Source: Malacoraja senta (Eukaryota). Taken from it: a stretch of 64,000 nt of DNA. The notes beneath the pieces are model-generated. The model made no database searches. It worked only from the letters and a program-made list of their open reading frames with translations, and was not told the origin of the DNA. A program made the translations under genes and the position numbers. Of the stretch, positions 37,013-49,939 are shown one piece after another; the stretch's first letter is position 1, and the number at the start of each line of letters is the position of its first letter. The stretch is from positions 6,264,001-6,328,000 of the forward strand of contig CM075997.1 in assembly GCA_038087875.1 (NCBI GenBank), read 5' to 3'.

Positions 37013-38040
37013 CAGAACCAGGGGCCACAGTTTAAGAATAAGGGGTAAGCCATTTAGAACGGTGATGAGGAAACACTTTTTCACACAGAGAGTTGTGAGT
37101 CTGTGAAATTCTGCAGAAGGCGGTGGAGGCCGGTTCTCTGGATACTTTCAAGAGAGAGCTAGATAGGGCTCTTAAAGATAGTGCAGTCAGGGGATATGGG
37201 GAGAAGGCAGGAACGGGGTACTGATTGGGGATGATCAGCCATGATCACATTGAAGGGCTGGCTCGAAGGGCCAAATGGCCTACTCCTGCACCTATTGTCT
37301 ATTGTGTATTGTCTATTGTTTATTGATTTCCAACAACCTCATAGTCACACTTTTGTGGTTCTGTGAGTTTTAACATCTTCTTGGTATTGGTTTCTCACCT
37401 TTCAAATGGTGGCAACACTGCACAAGGCAGAAGCTTAGACAGTACAATAAACTGCTTTGATGTTTCTGATAGCTTCTGATATGCTGTTGAGGGCCTTTCC
37501 ATTGACTCGAGCCCCTAAGAAACCAAAGTGTGTGGAGCCGAAGGAGATGGGCAAAGCCCACAATGAGTATTTCTCCCTCTGCTTTTACTGTGGAGAAAGA
37601 CATGCAGGCTAAGGAATTTGGGACAGTTAATAGAGATGTCTTCAATCCGTATTACAATCGCAGAGGTGCTGGACATCCTAAGGTACATGAGGGTAGATAA
37701 ATCTCCCGGGCCTGATCAGATATATTCATGGACACTATGGGATTAATTTCCAGCACATAGGTGTTCTTACATAATTCATTTATTTAAATCATTAAAAATC
37801 TCTGATCATCAAAGCAATTCAGGAAGCAGTGGGTGGAGTTGTTTGGCATGTAAAGAAGGTGTATGGTATCTTTCCTTCATTGCTAGGGACGTTGAGATTA
37901 AGAGATAGGAAGTCATAATGCAGCTCTATAGGACTTTGGATTGGCTGCATTTGGAGTATTACATCCAGATCTGTTGACCCCATTACAGAAAAGATGTGAA
38001 AACTTTGGAGAGGGTGCAGAGGAGGTTTACCAGAATGCTA
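37013..38040 (+). mobile_element. CR1 LINE fragments
   Basis: 3' end at 37013-37318 with (CTATTGT)n tail; further ORF2 pieces at 37560-38040. Confidence 0.8.
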
Positions 38041-38514
38041 AAGATAGACACAAAATGCGGAAATAACTCAATGAGCCAGGCAGTATCTCTGGAGAAAAAC
38101 GATGGACAATAGGTGCTGGAGTAGTCGATTCGGACCTGGAACTAATTTAAATCCTCAAAAGCAATTAAAACCCAATGATATTACACTTGCAATTGTTAAT
38201 TGTCATGCAGCTTGATGGCAACAATACCTGTGACCACATTTAAAAGTCTTATTAGAATAAATAGACAAAATGTAACTTTACTGGTTATTCTGGTATTTAC
38301 AGCATTTACAACACGGGGTCAACATCTTTAGTTCAGTGGTGACAGAGGTAGTCAGGTAGCATGTCCATGAAGTTACAGCAGAGAGTGGATATTGAACAGC
38401 GGTCTTTGGATTTCTGTGCTAAAGTTGCTCCGCAATTCCTCAGAAATAACAATGAATATGGTGACTCTCCTTTACGTTGACAGAATTATTTTTTATTTTC
38501 TGAAACATCTTTAG

Positions 38515-38646
<132 letters not shown>

Positions 38647-39050
38647 TAAGAAATACGTAATTTTGCTGCATGTCCAAACTATAAAAACTAAAATATGTGA
38701 ACTACTATTCAAGCAAAATGTGGTTACAAGCTGATTATTAGAGTATTATATTATATTATATTATAGAGTATTAGATTATAGAAAGGTATTTACATGGCTG
38801 AATATCTCAGTTGCACGGTTCTATAAAATCACTCATGGCAGATTGATGGACAGTGGACTGGTGTGGGTGAAAAGTTACTGCGGATTGTTCCACTACAGCA
38901 CAACGTCAAAAAGTAGGGCAGTACCCTCACTTTCCACCTCTCAGTGATCAGCATAACAATACTTACATACCACTCACTTGTAAGTATTGGTGTTCTGAAA
39001 GCATCAACATTACTTGAATATTGACAATATTCTCTTTTATTAATTTCTAG

Positions 39051-39093
39051 GTCATTCCCAAATAACTACTGGGACAAATTTGTCAAAAGAAAG
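39051..39093 (+). CDS. RYR1: RYR1 exon (SFPNNYWDKFVKRK)
   Basis: 43 bp, ttctag| to |gtaaat. Confidence 0.95.
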
Positions 39094-39107
39094 GTAAATA
39101 TGTTTGT

Positions 39108-39236
39108 CTGAAGAAGGGTCTCGACCCAAAACGCCACCCTTTCCTTCTCTCCAGAGATGCTGCCTGTCCCGCTGAGTTACTCCAGCTTTTTACGTCTATC
39201 TTCGGTTGAAACCAGCATCTGCAGTTCCTTCCTACA
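39108..39236 (+). mobile_element. Solo Penelope-derived short element
   Basis: CTGAAGAAGGGTCTCGACCCAAAACGCC...CAGCATCTGCAGTTCCTTCCTACA. Confidence 0.8.
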
Positions 39237-39521
39237 AATATCTATGGGTTATTTTAAAGCGAATCATAAAAATGTCAGTCTTTTTCGGACATTGGACTTC
39301 TCGCTATGGATTTTTTGTGACAATTTCAATTTGTTAATGAACATTTGATCCTAAATAGAAACATCTTTGAGATTTTGCCATTCTTTGGCATGTCTTTAGT
39401 TTAGAACAAGAAATCTATAACAACTTATTGAAAATTAAATGCCAAATCAGATTATAGAAAATAAGTTTAAGAACACTCTTTGAAAAACAAGCAATTTAAT
39501 ATTGTGTTCTTTTTTTCCCAG

Positions 39522-39652
39522 GTGTTAGATAAGTACGGTGATATCTATGGCAGGGAGCGCATCGCAGAGCTGCTAGGCATGGATATGAGTGCCTTGGATG
39601 TCACTGTGCCTCAGGAAAAGAAACGCACGACTGATAGCTCTGTTCTCTCATG
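39522..39652 (+). CDS. RYR1: RYR1 exon (VLDKYGDIYGRERIAELLGMD...SSVLS/W)
   Basis: 131 bp, tttcccag| to |gtttgt. Confidence 0.95.
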
Positions 39653-39874
39653 GTTTGTGTCTGCCTTGGTTTTCCAATGATCACTAAAAATCATTATCCA
39701 TTTGATCTGATGTATTCTGTGATAATGTTATAATTTTAGTTCTGTTTTTGTAAAATGAAGTCAATGAAATCCAAAATAGTATAATAATCCAAGTCAAATA
39801 GTTGGTTTCTGAGTGCAACACCATGTGTTATTGTCGTATGCTACAGAGGTCCAGATGTTACACAATATACTTGC

Positions 39875-41040
39875 TCATTCCAGGGTACTTAAGGAGGCGG
39901 CTCAGGAAATCGTGAACGCATTGGTGATCATTTTCCAATGTTCTATAGATTCAGGATCGGTTCCTGTGAATTGAAGGGTAGCTAATGTTATCCCACTTTT
40001 TAAGGAAGGCGGGACAGAGAAAACAGGGAATTGTAGACCAGTTAGCCTGACATTGGTGGTGGGGAAGATGCTGTAGTCATTTATAAAAGATGAGATAGCC
40101 GCACATTTGGATAGCAGTAGCAGGATCAGTCTGAGTCAGCGTGGATTTATGAAGGAGAAATCATGCTTGACTAATCTTCTGGAATTTTTTGAGGCTGTAA
40201 CTAGGAAAATGGACAAGGTAGAGCCAGTGTATGTAGTGTACCTGGACTTTCAGAAGCATTTGATAAGGTCCCACATAGTAGATTAGTGGGCAAAATTAGA
40301 GCACATGGTATTGGGGGATAGGGTACTGACATGGATAGAAAATTGGTTGGCAGACAGGAAACAAGGAGTAGGGATTAACGGGTCACTTTCAGAATAGCAG
40401 GCAGTGACTAGTGGGGTACCGCAAGGCTTGGTGCTGTGACCGCAGCTATTTACAATATACATTAATGATCTAGATGAAGGGATTAAAAATAACATTAGCA
40501 AATTTGCAGATGACACAAAGTTTTGGTCTCCAAATTTGAGGAATGACATTCTTGCTATTGAGGGAGTGCAGCGTAGGTTCACCAGGTTAATTCCGGGATG
40601 GCGGGACTGTCATATGCTGAGAGAATGGAGCGGCTGGGCTTGTATACTCTGGAGTTTAGAAGGATGAGAGGGGATCTTATTGAAACATATAAGATTATTC
40701 AAGGTTTGGACACGCTAGAGGCAGGAAACATGTTCCCGATGTTGGGGGAGTACAGAACCGGGGCCACAGTTTAAGAATAAGGGTAAGCCATTTTAAACGG
40801 AGATGAGGAAAAACGTTTTCACACAGAGACTTGTGAGTCTGTGGAATTCTCTGCCTAAGAGGCCAATTCTCTGGATGCTTTCAAAAGAGAGTTGGATAGA
40901 GCTCTTAAAGATAGCGGAATCAGGGGATATAGGGAGAAGGCAGGAACAGGGTACTGATTGTGGATGATCAACCATGTTCACATTGAATGGTGGTGCTGGC
41001 TCAAAGGGCCAAATGGCCTACTCCTGCACCTATTGTCTAT
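39875..41040 (+). mobile_element. CR1 LINE ORF2 RT region with internal deletion
   Basis: KSCLTNLLEFF, YLDFQK, VTSGVPQG and FADDTK motifs, then a jump at about 40520 to FWSPNLR. Confidence 0.92.
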
Positions 41041-41259
41041 TCCGATCCCATTGTAAGATTCGGCTGCTTACGTGTCATGCTGTTTCATTTTGGGGGGGGG
41101 GTGTAATAAAACGGGAATAGTATTCAATGAGTCTGAATAAGTACTTGATGGTCAATGTTGACTTGGCGGACTGCAGGAACAGTGTATGTGCGGTATGATC
41201 TCATAATTTTATGACTGAAATGAAAAAGATAAATATAAATATTTTCATCGTACCACAGA

Positions 41260-42005
41260 ACATGGTACCACAGACACAGACTCTTTGGCCCAACTCATAC
41301 ATGTCTCCCATTTTTCTAAACCAAACTAATCTTGCACTTCAATCATTTGCCTGCATCTGCCCCATATCCTTCTAAACATTTCCTAGCCATGTACCTGTCC
41401 AAGTATCTTTTATATGTATAATTGTACCAGCTTCTATCGTATCCTCCAGCAGCCCTTTCCGTCTCCTTACTACACTCTGTGTGAAAACATTGCACCCCAG
41501 GTCCCGTTTAAATCGTCCCCTTTAACCTCAAACCAATTCCCTCCAGTTTTAGACTGTCCTAACCCTAATGAAAATACTGCACTATTTACATTACCTCTGC
41601 CTTTCATGGGTTTTTTAAACCTCTGTAAGTTTGTAAACCACAGCCAGGTCTTTGCCTGTCCAACTTCTCCTTAATACTCAACCCCTTCATAGGACATCGT
41701 GCAGCACAGGGACAGGCACTTTGGCCGTAATATCAAACATCGTGCCTAGTTAACTGACAACTGTGATCCATATCCCACCATTCCCTGCATATCCATGTTT
41801 CTATCTAAATGCTGCCAAACGCCACTATGGTGTCTGTCCTTCGTAAACTTACTAACTATGCCACCTACATCCCCATTAAAATCGTTAATATAAATCACAA
41901 ACACGGTGTCCTCAGCATCAATCCCTGTTGTACACCACTTGTAACTAGCCTCCAATCTGAAAAGCAACTCTCCATCATTGCACTTTGTCTCCTACTTTGA
42001 AGCCA
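41260..42005 (-). mobile_element. Degenerate CR1 fragments
   Basis: Reverse-complement CR1 3' ends and an FVIYINDF motif. Confidence 0.7.
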
Positions 42006-42112
42006 ATTTTGTATATTTCTTGAAAATATTAACTTGCATTTATCATTCACACATTAATAAGCAGATTTTGCATATCTAACACTTCCTATTTTTGTCTTAC
42101 TCATGATTGTAG

Positions 42113-42173
42113 GATCACATCCTTAGATATCAAGTACCAGATTTGGAAGTTTGGTGTGATATTCACTGACAAT
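42113..42173 (+). CDS. RYR1: RYR1 exon (ITSLDIKYQIWKFGVIFTDN)
   Basis: 61 bp, tgtag| to |gtaagt. Confidence 0.95.
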
Positions 42174-42377
42174 GTAAGTAAGCACTCACATAAACACCCC
42201 AGAAAATGTTTTGGACAAAATATGTTCTATATCATTGGATGAATAGTAATTAATTTTGGGCCAATGGTGTTGACATTGTAAAACATTACCAAATGTACAT
42301 GATGTGTGCAATGTTACATGAAGTAAATCAAAGGGAAGTTTTGGGCTTATTCATTTTTGAGGTAATTATGATATTGA

Positions 42378-42978
<601 letters not shown>

Positions 42979-43624
42979 TGATATAGAACTTTAAAGCATA
43001 GAAACGAACCTTTAAACCAACAAATATCACCTCTGTTAATATTCCATGAAAATGTCTTACTACTATCTTGCAATGTTAGAAAGTCCTTCTATTTGTTGTG
43101 TTTTATGACTGTTGGCAGACCAATTTCCTTCCTGGGATGTAAAGTTCTATCGTATCATATTTCAATCACCTTAGTTGGATGATCAATCATCCCTATGCAG
43201 CAGGTGTGGTGTACAGAGTTCCACATTTGAAACAGTTTCTTGATGTTGACGTTTTCTCTCCATTACATACAGGCTTTATTTGCGTCTAACTTACATTGAT
43301 GTAACTTTTGCATTATTTTGTACCTGAAAATAAACCTTTAGATCTCTCCCTATATAATTACAAAAATCTGAAAATGCCTACCTTTTCAGATAAACCTTAA
43401 TTTTGTTTGCAATATTACACATCCTCAGGTTTCTTCTTGAGACTTTTTATTTGAAACCATCTCTGTTTCTATAGCGATGATGCTTGGGGCCAAATGCGAA
43501 GCTGCCCAGCATTGAGCAACAGATTTACCTCAGTTCAATGTCTTACAGGCTCTTTAATTTTAACTGGTTACTTCTTAGTTTCATTCATAGCATTAACCGT
43601 GGCTTCTTACGTGCCTGCATATAT

Positions 43625-45662
43625 ATGTTGAAATAGGTCGTATATCACAAATCTGATGGATTTTTTGGAAGACGTGACCAAAAAGGTCGATGAGGGCAGA
43701 GCTGTAGACGTTGTGTACATGGATTTCAGTAAGGCATTTGACAAGGTACCGCATGGTAGGCTGCTCTGGAAGTTTAGATGGTATGGGATCCAAGGAGAGA
43801 TAACTGAGTGGATAGAAAATTGACTCCATGGAAGGAAGCAGAGGGAGATGGTGGAAGGTTGCTTCTCAGAATGGAGGTGAGTGACGAGTGGCGTGCCTCA
43901 GGGTTCGATGCTGGGCCCGTTACTGTTTGTCATCTACATCAATGGTTTGGATGAGAACATACAGGGCAAGATTAGCAAGTTTGCTGATGATACAAAAGTG
44001 AGTGGTTTTGCAGATAGTGAAGATGGTTATGAAAGATTGCAGCAGGATCTGGATCGATTAGCCAGGTGGGCGGAGGAAAGGTTGATGGAATTTAATACAG
44101 AGAAGTGTGGGGTGTTGCATTTTGGGACGTCGAACAAGGGCAGGACCTACACAGTAAATGGTAGGCCTCTGGGTAGTGTTGTAGAGCAGAGGGATCTAGG
44201 AGTAAAGGTGCATGGTTCCTTGAGGGTCGAGTCGCAGGTAGATAAGGTGGTCAAAAAGGCTTTTGGCACTTTGGGCTTCATCAGTCAGAGTATTGAGTTT
44301 TAGAAGTTGGGAGGTCATGTTGCGGTTGTCAAGAGCGGAACTCACTATCGAAACATGGAGGGGACGGGGGACACAATTTGTTGGCGGCCGCGCACGCATG
44401 CGCACACACACACACACGCGCGCGAGGTAGTATCTTTGCTTCGGAGGCTCAATCCAGCGCTAAATGCAGCTCAACACTGCCTGTCTCACCGGGTTAACCT
44501 ACAGCCCTGTCTGGACTGACGGGATACCAGCGCTGCTTCTCTGCGCTGGCCATATTTCCCGCAAGCCCAGGCAGGCTATAGGCTCACCTGGCGGGACAGG
44601 CAGAGTTGACCTGGTTTAGTGCTCCTTCTCTGCGCTGGCTGTGGGCCTGGGGGGCACCGCACCGGTCTGACTACCGACCGAAGATCCTATAGCGGAGGAT
44701 CTCTGCTGCGGAGGATCTCTGCTGCCGACCTCTCTGGCCACCCATGGGGGGGGGGGGCACTCGGGATAGCGCCGGAGACCCGGCCGGGATCAATCCTGCC
44801 TGCGGATGAAGCGCAGGTCTATGCCACGTCTCCCTCCTCCAATCACCACGCTCTATCCTCAGTCCCACCCCCCCTCCCTCCTCCAATCATCGTGCTGAAT
44901 AATCATGTCCTGCCCCCATTGGCTGCTATCCGACATCTCTCTCGTCCAATCGGCGCCCTCGATCAGCAGTCCCACCCCCACTGTCTCGCAGAAAGTGGAG
45001 ATTTCACCGGGTTTTAAAATACGGATCACAAAAACTTGGGGGGGATGTCCCCCACCTCTCAAAACATGGAGGGGACGTGTCCCCTCTGGCTCCCACCGGG
45101 TTTTCCGCCCCTGGCAGTTGTATAAGACGTTGGTGAGACCGCATTTAGAATATTGTGTTCAGTTCTGGCCACCATAGGAGAGATTGTCAAACTTGGAAAG
45201 GTTCAGAAAAGATTTTTACGAGGATGTTGCCAGGACTAGAGGGTGTGAGCTACAGGGAGAGTTTGAGTAGGCTGGGTCTCTATTCCATGGAGTGCAGGAT
45301 GATGAGGGGGGATTTTATAGAGGTGTACAAAATCATGAGAGGAATAGATCAGGTAGATGCCCAGAGTAGGGGAATCGAGGACATAGGTTCAAGGTGAAGG
45401 GGAAAAGATTTAATAGGAATCCGAGAGGTAACTTTTTCAAACAAAGGGTGGTGGGTGTATGGAACAAGCTGCCAGAGGAGGTAGTTGAGGCTGGGACTAT
45501 CCCATCACTTAAGAAACAGTTAGACAAGTACATGGATAGGACAGGTTTGGAGGGATATGGACCAAGCGCAGGCAAGTGGGACCGTGTAGCTGGGACATTG
45601 TTGGTCGGTATGGGCAAGTTGGGTTGAAGGGCCTATTTCCACACTGTATCACTCTATGACTA
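43625..45662 (+). mobile_element. CR1 LINE RT and 3' end, interrupted by the hAT element
   Basis: SGVPQGSMLGPLLFVIYIN...KFADDTK...RDLGV; LVRPHLEYCVQFW; RVVGVWNKLP. Confidence 0.92.
44330..45113. mobile_element. hAT-like non-autonomous element inserted in CR1
   Basis: Imperfect TIR CAAGAGCGGAA / TTCCGCCCCTG; 8-bp TSD GC(G/A)GTTGT at 44322-44329 and 45114-45121. CR1 sequence resumes across it. Confidence 0.75.
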
Positions 45663-45684
45663 TAATGTTGAACCTATAATGGTT

Positions 45685-46505
45685 CCATCGGGTGGTGCCA
45701 TCAAGTGTGGCAGCCTTGCCGGCAGCTGTCCGTCCTTTCACACTTTTTTGTTATTTTTAGTATGTCAAAAAGTATGTTCTAAAGGTTTCTTAGTCTTTTT
45801 TATGTGGGGGTTGGTGGGGGGGAAACCGTTTTCCAGTCACTTACCTGGATGAGATGCGTCTTTTCTCCGAGTCGCATCTTTGCCCCCCCTCGTGGCCTAC
45901 CAACTGGATTGGCGCCGCCTTTCCTGCCGGAGACCGGCCAGAGCTTCATCAGCGGGCACAGCGCTGAATTTCATCGAGGAGCGGGCGATGCCTTGTCTGG
46001 GATCGCCGTGTTGGAGCTCTGGAGTGTTGGGCCTGCTGATTAACACCATGGAGCTGTGGTTTGCGGAGCTTCTATCCGCGGGCGGCGCTGACAACATCGC
46101 GGAATCCTGGGATCTTTTGCCGAGGGTCGCCAGTGTTGAATCTCCGCCCAGCTCGGCCTGTGGTCTTCGGGAGCCGTGGTCTCCAATAACTCCAAGCCGC
46201 TGAGTGTGTTCTTCCGTTCCGAAGCCGGAGCTCCGATCAACCCGGCGAGAGGGCCTGAACATCGGCCTGTCCATAGCGGCGACTGCGGTGGGCTCAAAGG
46301 CCACGACCACGGGTGAACAAAGAGGAAGATGACTGAACTTTATTGCCTTCCCTCACAGTGGGAAATTTTGATTCTGTTGTGTGGGGGATGTTCATGTTAA
46401 ATTCTATAGTGTATTGTGTTCTTTTTATTCATATGGCTGTATGGTAACTCAAATCTCACTGTACCAATTGGTGGATGTGACAATAAATGTAACTTGAACC
46501 TGAAC
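45685..46505 (+). mobile_element. GC-rich retroposon, same broad family, (CTTGAA)-like tail
   Basis: Core TTGCCTTCCCTCACAGTGGG near 46343; ends GTGACAATAAATGTAACTTGAACCTGAAC. Confidence 0.7.
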
Positions 46506-46878
46506 TGATGTTGCCAGCTGGAAATAGCATCTGAGTTTTTGTAGAGGTCCATTTTAACGCAAATTGAAAAAAGTTTTCAAATTAAAATCTAATTAAACTC
46601 AGAAAGTTAAGGATGAAAATGCTTCATCAAATATATATCGGAATAATTTGAATCCTCTGCTACAAGGCTTTACACATTCAGCAAAAATCATCCCTCGTTT
46701 GATACAAGAAACATGAAGAATAGCGGCATTAGTAATGGGGATATTCTTCTCATATTGGCTACAAAGCAAAACATTACTCCTGGAATCTAGACAGAAACAA
46801 GAATCAAAATATCTGAAAATGATTTTTTTTTCTCATTTCTCTGCTACTAATATTGGATATAATAACTGAAATTATTGC

Positions 46879-47183
46879 AGTTTAGCTTACAGATACAGCA
46901 CGGAAACAGGCCCTTCGGCCCATCGAGTCCGCGCCGACCAGTGATTCCCGCAGACTAACACTATCCTACACACACTAGGGACTATTTACATTTATACCAA
47001 GCCAATTAACCTACAAACCTGTACGTCTTTGGAGTGTGGGAGGAAACTGAAGATCTTGGAGAAAACCCACGCGGTCACGGGGAGAACGTACAAACTCCGC
47101 ACAGACAGCACCCGCAGTCAGGATTGATCCCAGGTCTCTGTCGCTGTAAGGCAGTAACGTACCGCTATACCACCGTGCCGCCC
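46879..47183 (-). mobile_element. tRNA-derived SINE, same family
   Basis: Reverse complement of 8436-8692. Confidence 0.85.
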
Positions 47184-47261
47184 TGGCAGACTGTTTTTTT
47201 TTGTAAATCAGTTGCTTGTTTCTCCATGCAGCAGTTATATGCACATTATTTCCTTACAAAC

Positions 47262-48005
47262 TTAGAGTGATACAGTGTGGAAACAGGCCGTTTGACTCAA
47301 CTTGCCCACACCGGCCAACATGTCCCAGCTACACTAGTCCCACCTGCCTGAACTTGGTCCATATCCCTACAAACCAGTCCTATTCATGTACCTGTCTAAC
47401 TGTTTCGTTGGGATAATCCCAGCCTCAACTACCTCATCTGGCAGCTTGTTCCATACACCCACCACCCTTCAGATTACCATTCAGATTCCAATTAAATATT
47501 TGCCCATACAAGAGACTCTGTGCATCTACCATATCTATTCCTTTCATGATTTTTTACACCTCTGTAGATCACCCCCCCATCCTCCTGTGCTCCAAAGAAT
47601 AGAGACCCAGCCTACTCAAACTCTCCCTATAGCTCACACCCTCCAGTCCTGGCAACATCCTCGTAAATCTTCTCTGAACCTTTTCAAGCTTGACAATATA
47701 TTTTCTCTAACATGGTGCCCGGAACTGAACACAATATTCTAAATACGGCCTCACTAATGTCTTATACAACTGCAACATGACCTCCCAACTTCTATACTCA
47801 ATACTCTGACTGATGAATGCCAATGTGCAAAAACCCTTTTTGACCACCTTATCTACCTGGGACTCGACCCTCTAGGAACCATGCACTGGCACTCCTAGAT
47901 CCCTCTGCTCTACAACACTCCCCAGAGGCCTATCATTCATTGTGGAGGTCCTGCCCTTGTTAGACATCCCAAAATGCAACACCTCACACTTCTCTGTATT
48001 AAATT
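47262..48005 (-). mobile_element. CR1 LINE 3' fragment
   Basis: Reverse complement of 44100-44320 and 45120-45655. Confidence 0.88.
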
Positions 48006-48209
48006 CTAACTTCTCAAAACTGAGTACCAACAAAATGAATTTCTCCCCACAGAAGTGGTTGGATGAGAGTACAATTTAAGACATGCAAAAGTGAATAGAT
48101 TATTCGGTCTGATGCAGATCTAGAATTAAATAATCACAAAATATTTGAATCTAATCTCTAATTATTTTCTAATATAGACAGATATCTTGACCATTATTAA
48201 CCATCTATT

Positions 48210-48968
48210 AGATTACTCTAAATGGCGTCAAGTTGGGAAAAGGGGAAGTACAATGGGATCTGGGGGTCCTTGTTCATCAGTCTATGAAAGTAAGCATGCA
48301 GGTACAGCAGGCAGTGAAGAAAGCGAATGGCATGTTGGCCTTTATAACAAGAGGAATCGAATATAGGAGCAAAGAGGTCCTTCTGCAGTCGTACAGAGCC
48401 CTAGTGAGACCACACCTGGAGTATTGTGTGCAGTTTTGGTCCCCTAATTTGAGGAAGGACATTCTTGCTATTGAGGGAGTGCAGCGTAGGTTTACAAGGT
48501 TAATTCCCGGGATGGCGGGATTGTCATATGCTGAGAGAATGGAGCAGCTGGGCTTGTACACTCTGGAGTTTAGAAGGATGAGAGGATATCTCATTGAAAA
48601 TTATAAGATTGTTAAGGGTTTGGACACACTAGAGGCAGAAAACATGTTCCCGATGTTGAGGGAGTCCAGAACCAGTGGCCACAGTTTAAGAATAAGGAGT
48701 AAGCCATTTAGAACGGAGACGAGGAAACATTTTTTCTCACAGAGAGTTGTGAGTCTGTGGAATTCTCTGACTCAGAGGGCGGTGGAGGCAGGTTCTCTGG
48801 ATGCTTTCAAGAGAGAGCTAGATAGGGCTCTTAAAAATAGTGGAGTCAGGGGATATGGGGAGAAGGCAGGAACGGGGTACTGATTGGGGATGATCAGCCA
48901 GGATCACATTGAATGGTGGTGCTGGCTCGAAGGGCCAAATGGCCTACTCCTGCACCTATTGTCTATTG
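48210..48968 (+). mobile_element. CR1 LINE 3' fragment (young)
   Basis: Uninterrupted 216-aa ORF2 C-terminus at 48233..48883. Confidence 0.93.
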
Positions 48969-48974
48969 TATCAT

Positions 48975-49285
48975 TTAGTTTAGTTTAGTTTTGAGATACA
49001 CTTTGGAAACAGGCCCTTCTGCCCACCGAATCCATGCCGACCAATGATTACCCATACAGTGGTTCTATGTTATCCAAGTTTCTCATCCTACACATCAGGG
49101 GCAATTACGCAAACCAATTAACCTACAAACCTGCATGTATTTTTAATATGAGAGGAAGCCCAGGCACCCAGAAAAAACGATGTTACAGGGAGAACGTGCA
49201 AACTCCGTACAGATAGCACCAATAGTCAGGATCACCCTCGGGTCTCTGGTGCTGTAAGGCAGCAACTCTACTGCTGCACCACTGT
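48975..49285 (-). mobile_element. tRNA-derived SINE, same family
   Basis: (TTTAG)n tail and reverse-complement body. Confidence 0.8.
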
Positions 49286-49536
49286 TCTGACACACAAAAT
49301 CATTTATGTGCATTCTCTAAACATTCAATGGAAGTATAAATTAGGAGGCGGACAGATTAGCAAATTTGCTTAGTAAAGAATTTTCTGTTAAAACTATACA
49401 AAGTTATTCCTTCAAATTTGTGCAACAATCAAAATGAGTTAATATTTCAATTGTCAAACTTGCACCTTAGTGAACTTAATTGTATTTATGAGGCTCCGTT
49501 CCTTCACTAACCTATGACTATCTTTCCACTTGGCAG

Positions 49537-49693
49537 TGTTACCTGTTCCACATGTATGTGGGTGTGCGAGCTGGAGGTGGTATTGGTGATGAGATTGAAG
49601 ACCCAGCTGGAGACGAATATGAGCTCTACCGTGTTGTCTTTGACATTACGTTCTTCTTTTTTGTCATTGTTATCCTTCTAGCCATCATTCAAG
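49537..49693 (+). CDS. RYR1: RYR1 exon, pore helix, selectivity filter GGGIGDE and S6
   Basis: 157 bp, ggcag| to |gtatga. Encodes [53 protein letters not shown]. Confidence 0.97.
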
Positions 49694-49939
49694 GTATGAC
49701 ACCAGACTAATTAAATCTCAGTCTGAATTTATTGACATGAGCTTACTGTCCACATTCACTGCTCTTCCCCGCATCAGGAGAAAATCTGGAAGACCAATCT
49801 TATGTGCTCAGACGGATCTGGATAATGGACTTGTGGGCCTTTTGCAGAACCTGGTGCAGAATCTAAGAGCCCTGACAGAAATTGACGGTTATTTTGGACC
49901 TGAATTTGCATAGGAGTCCCAAAACATACGTGCATTTAA

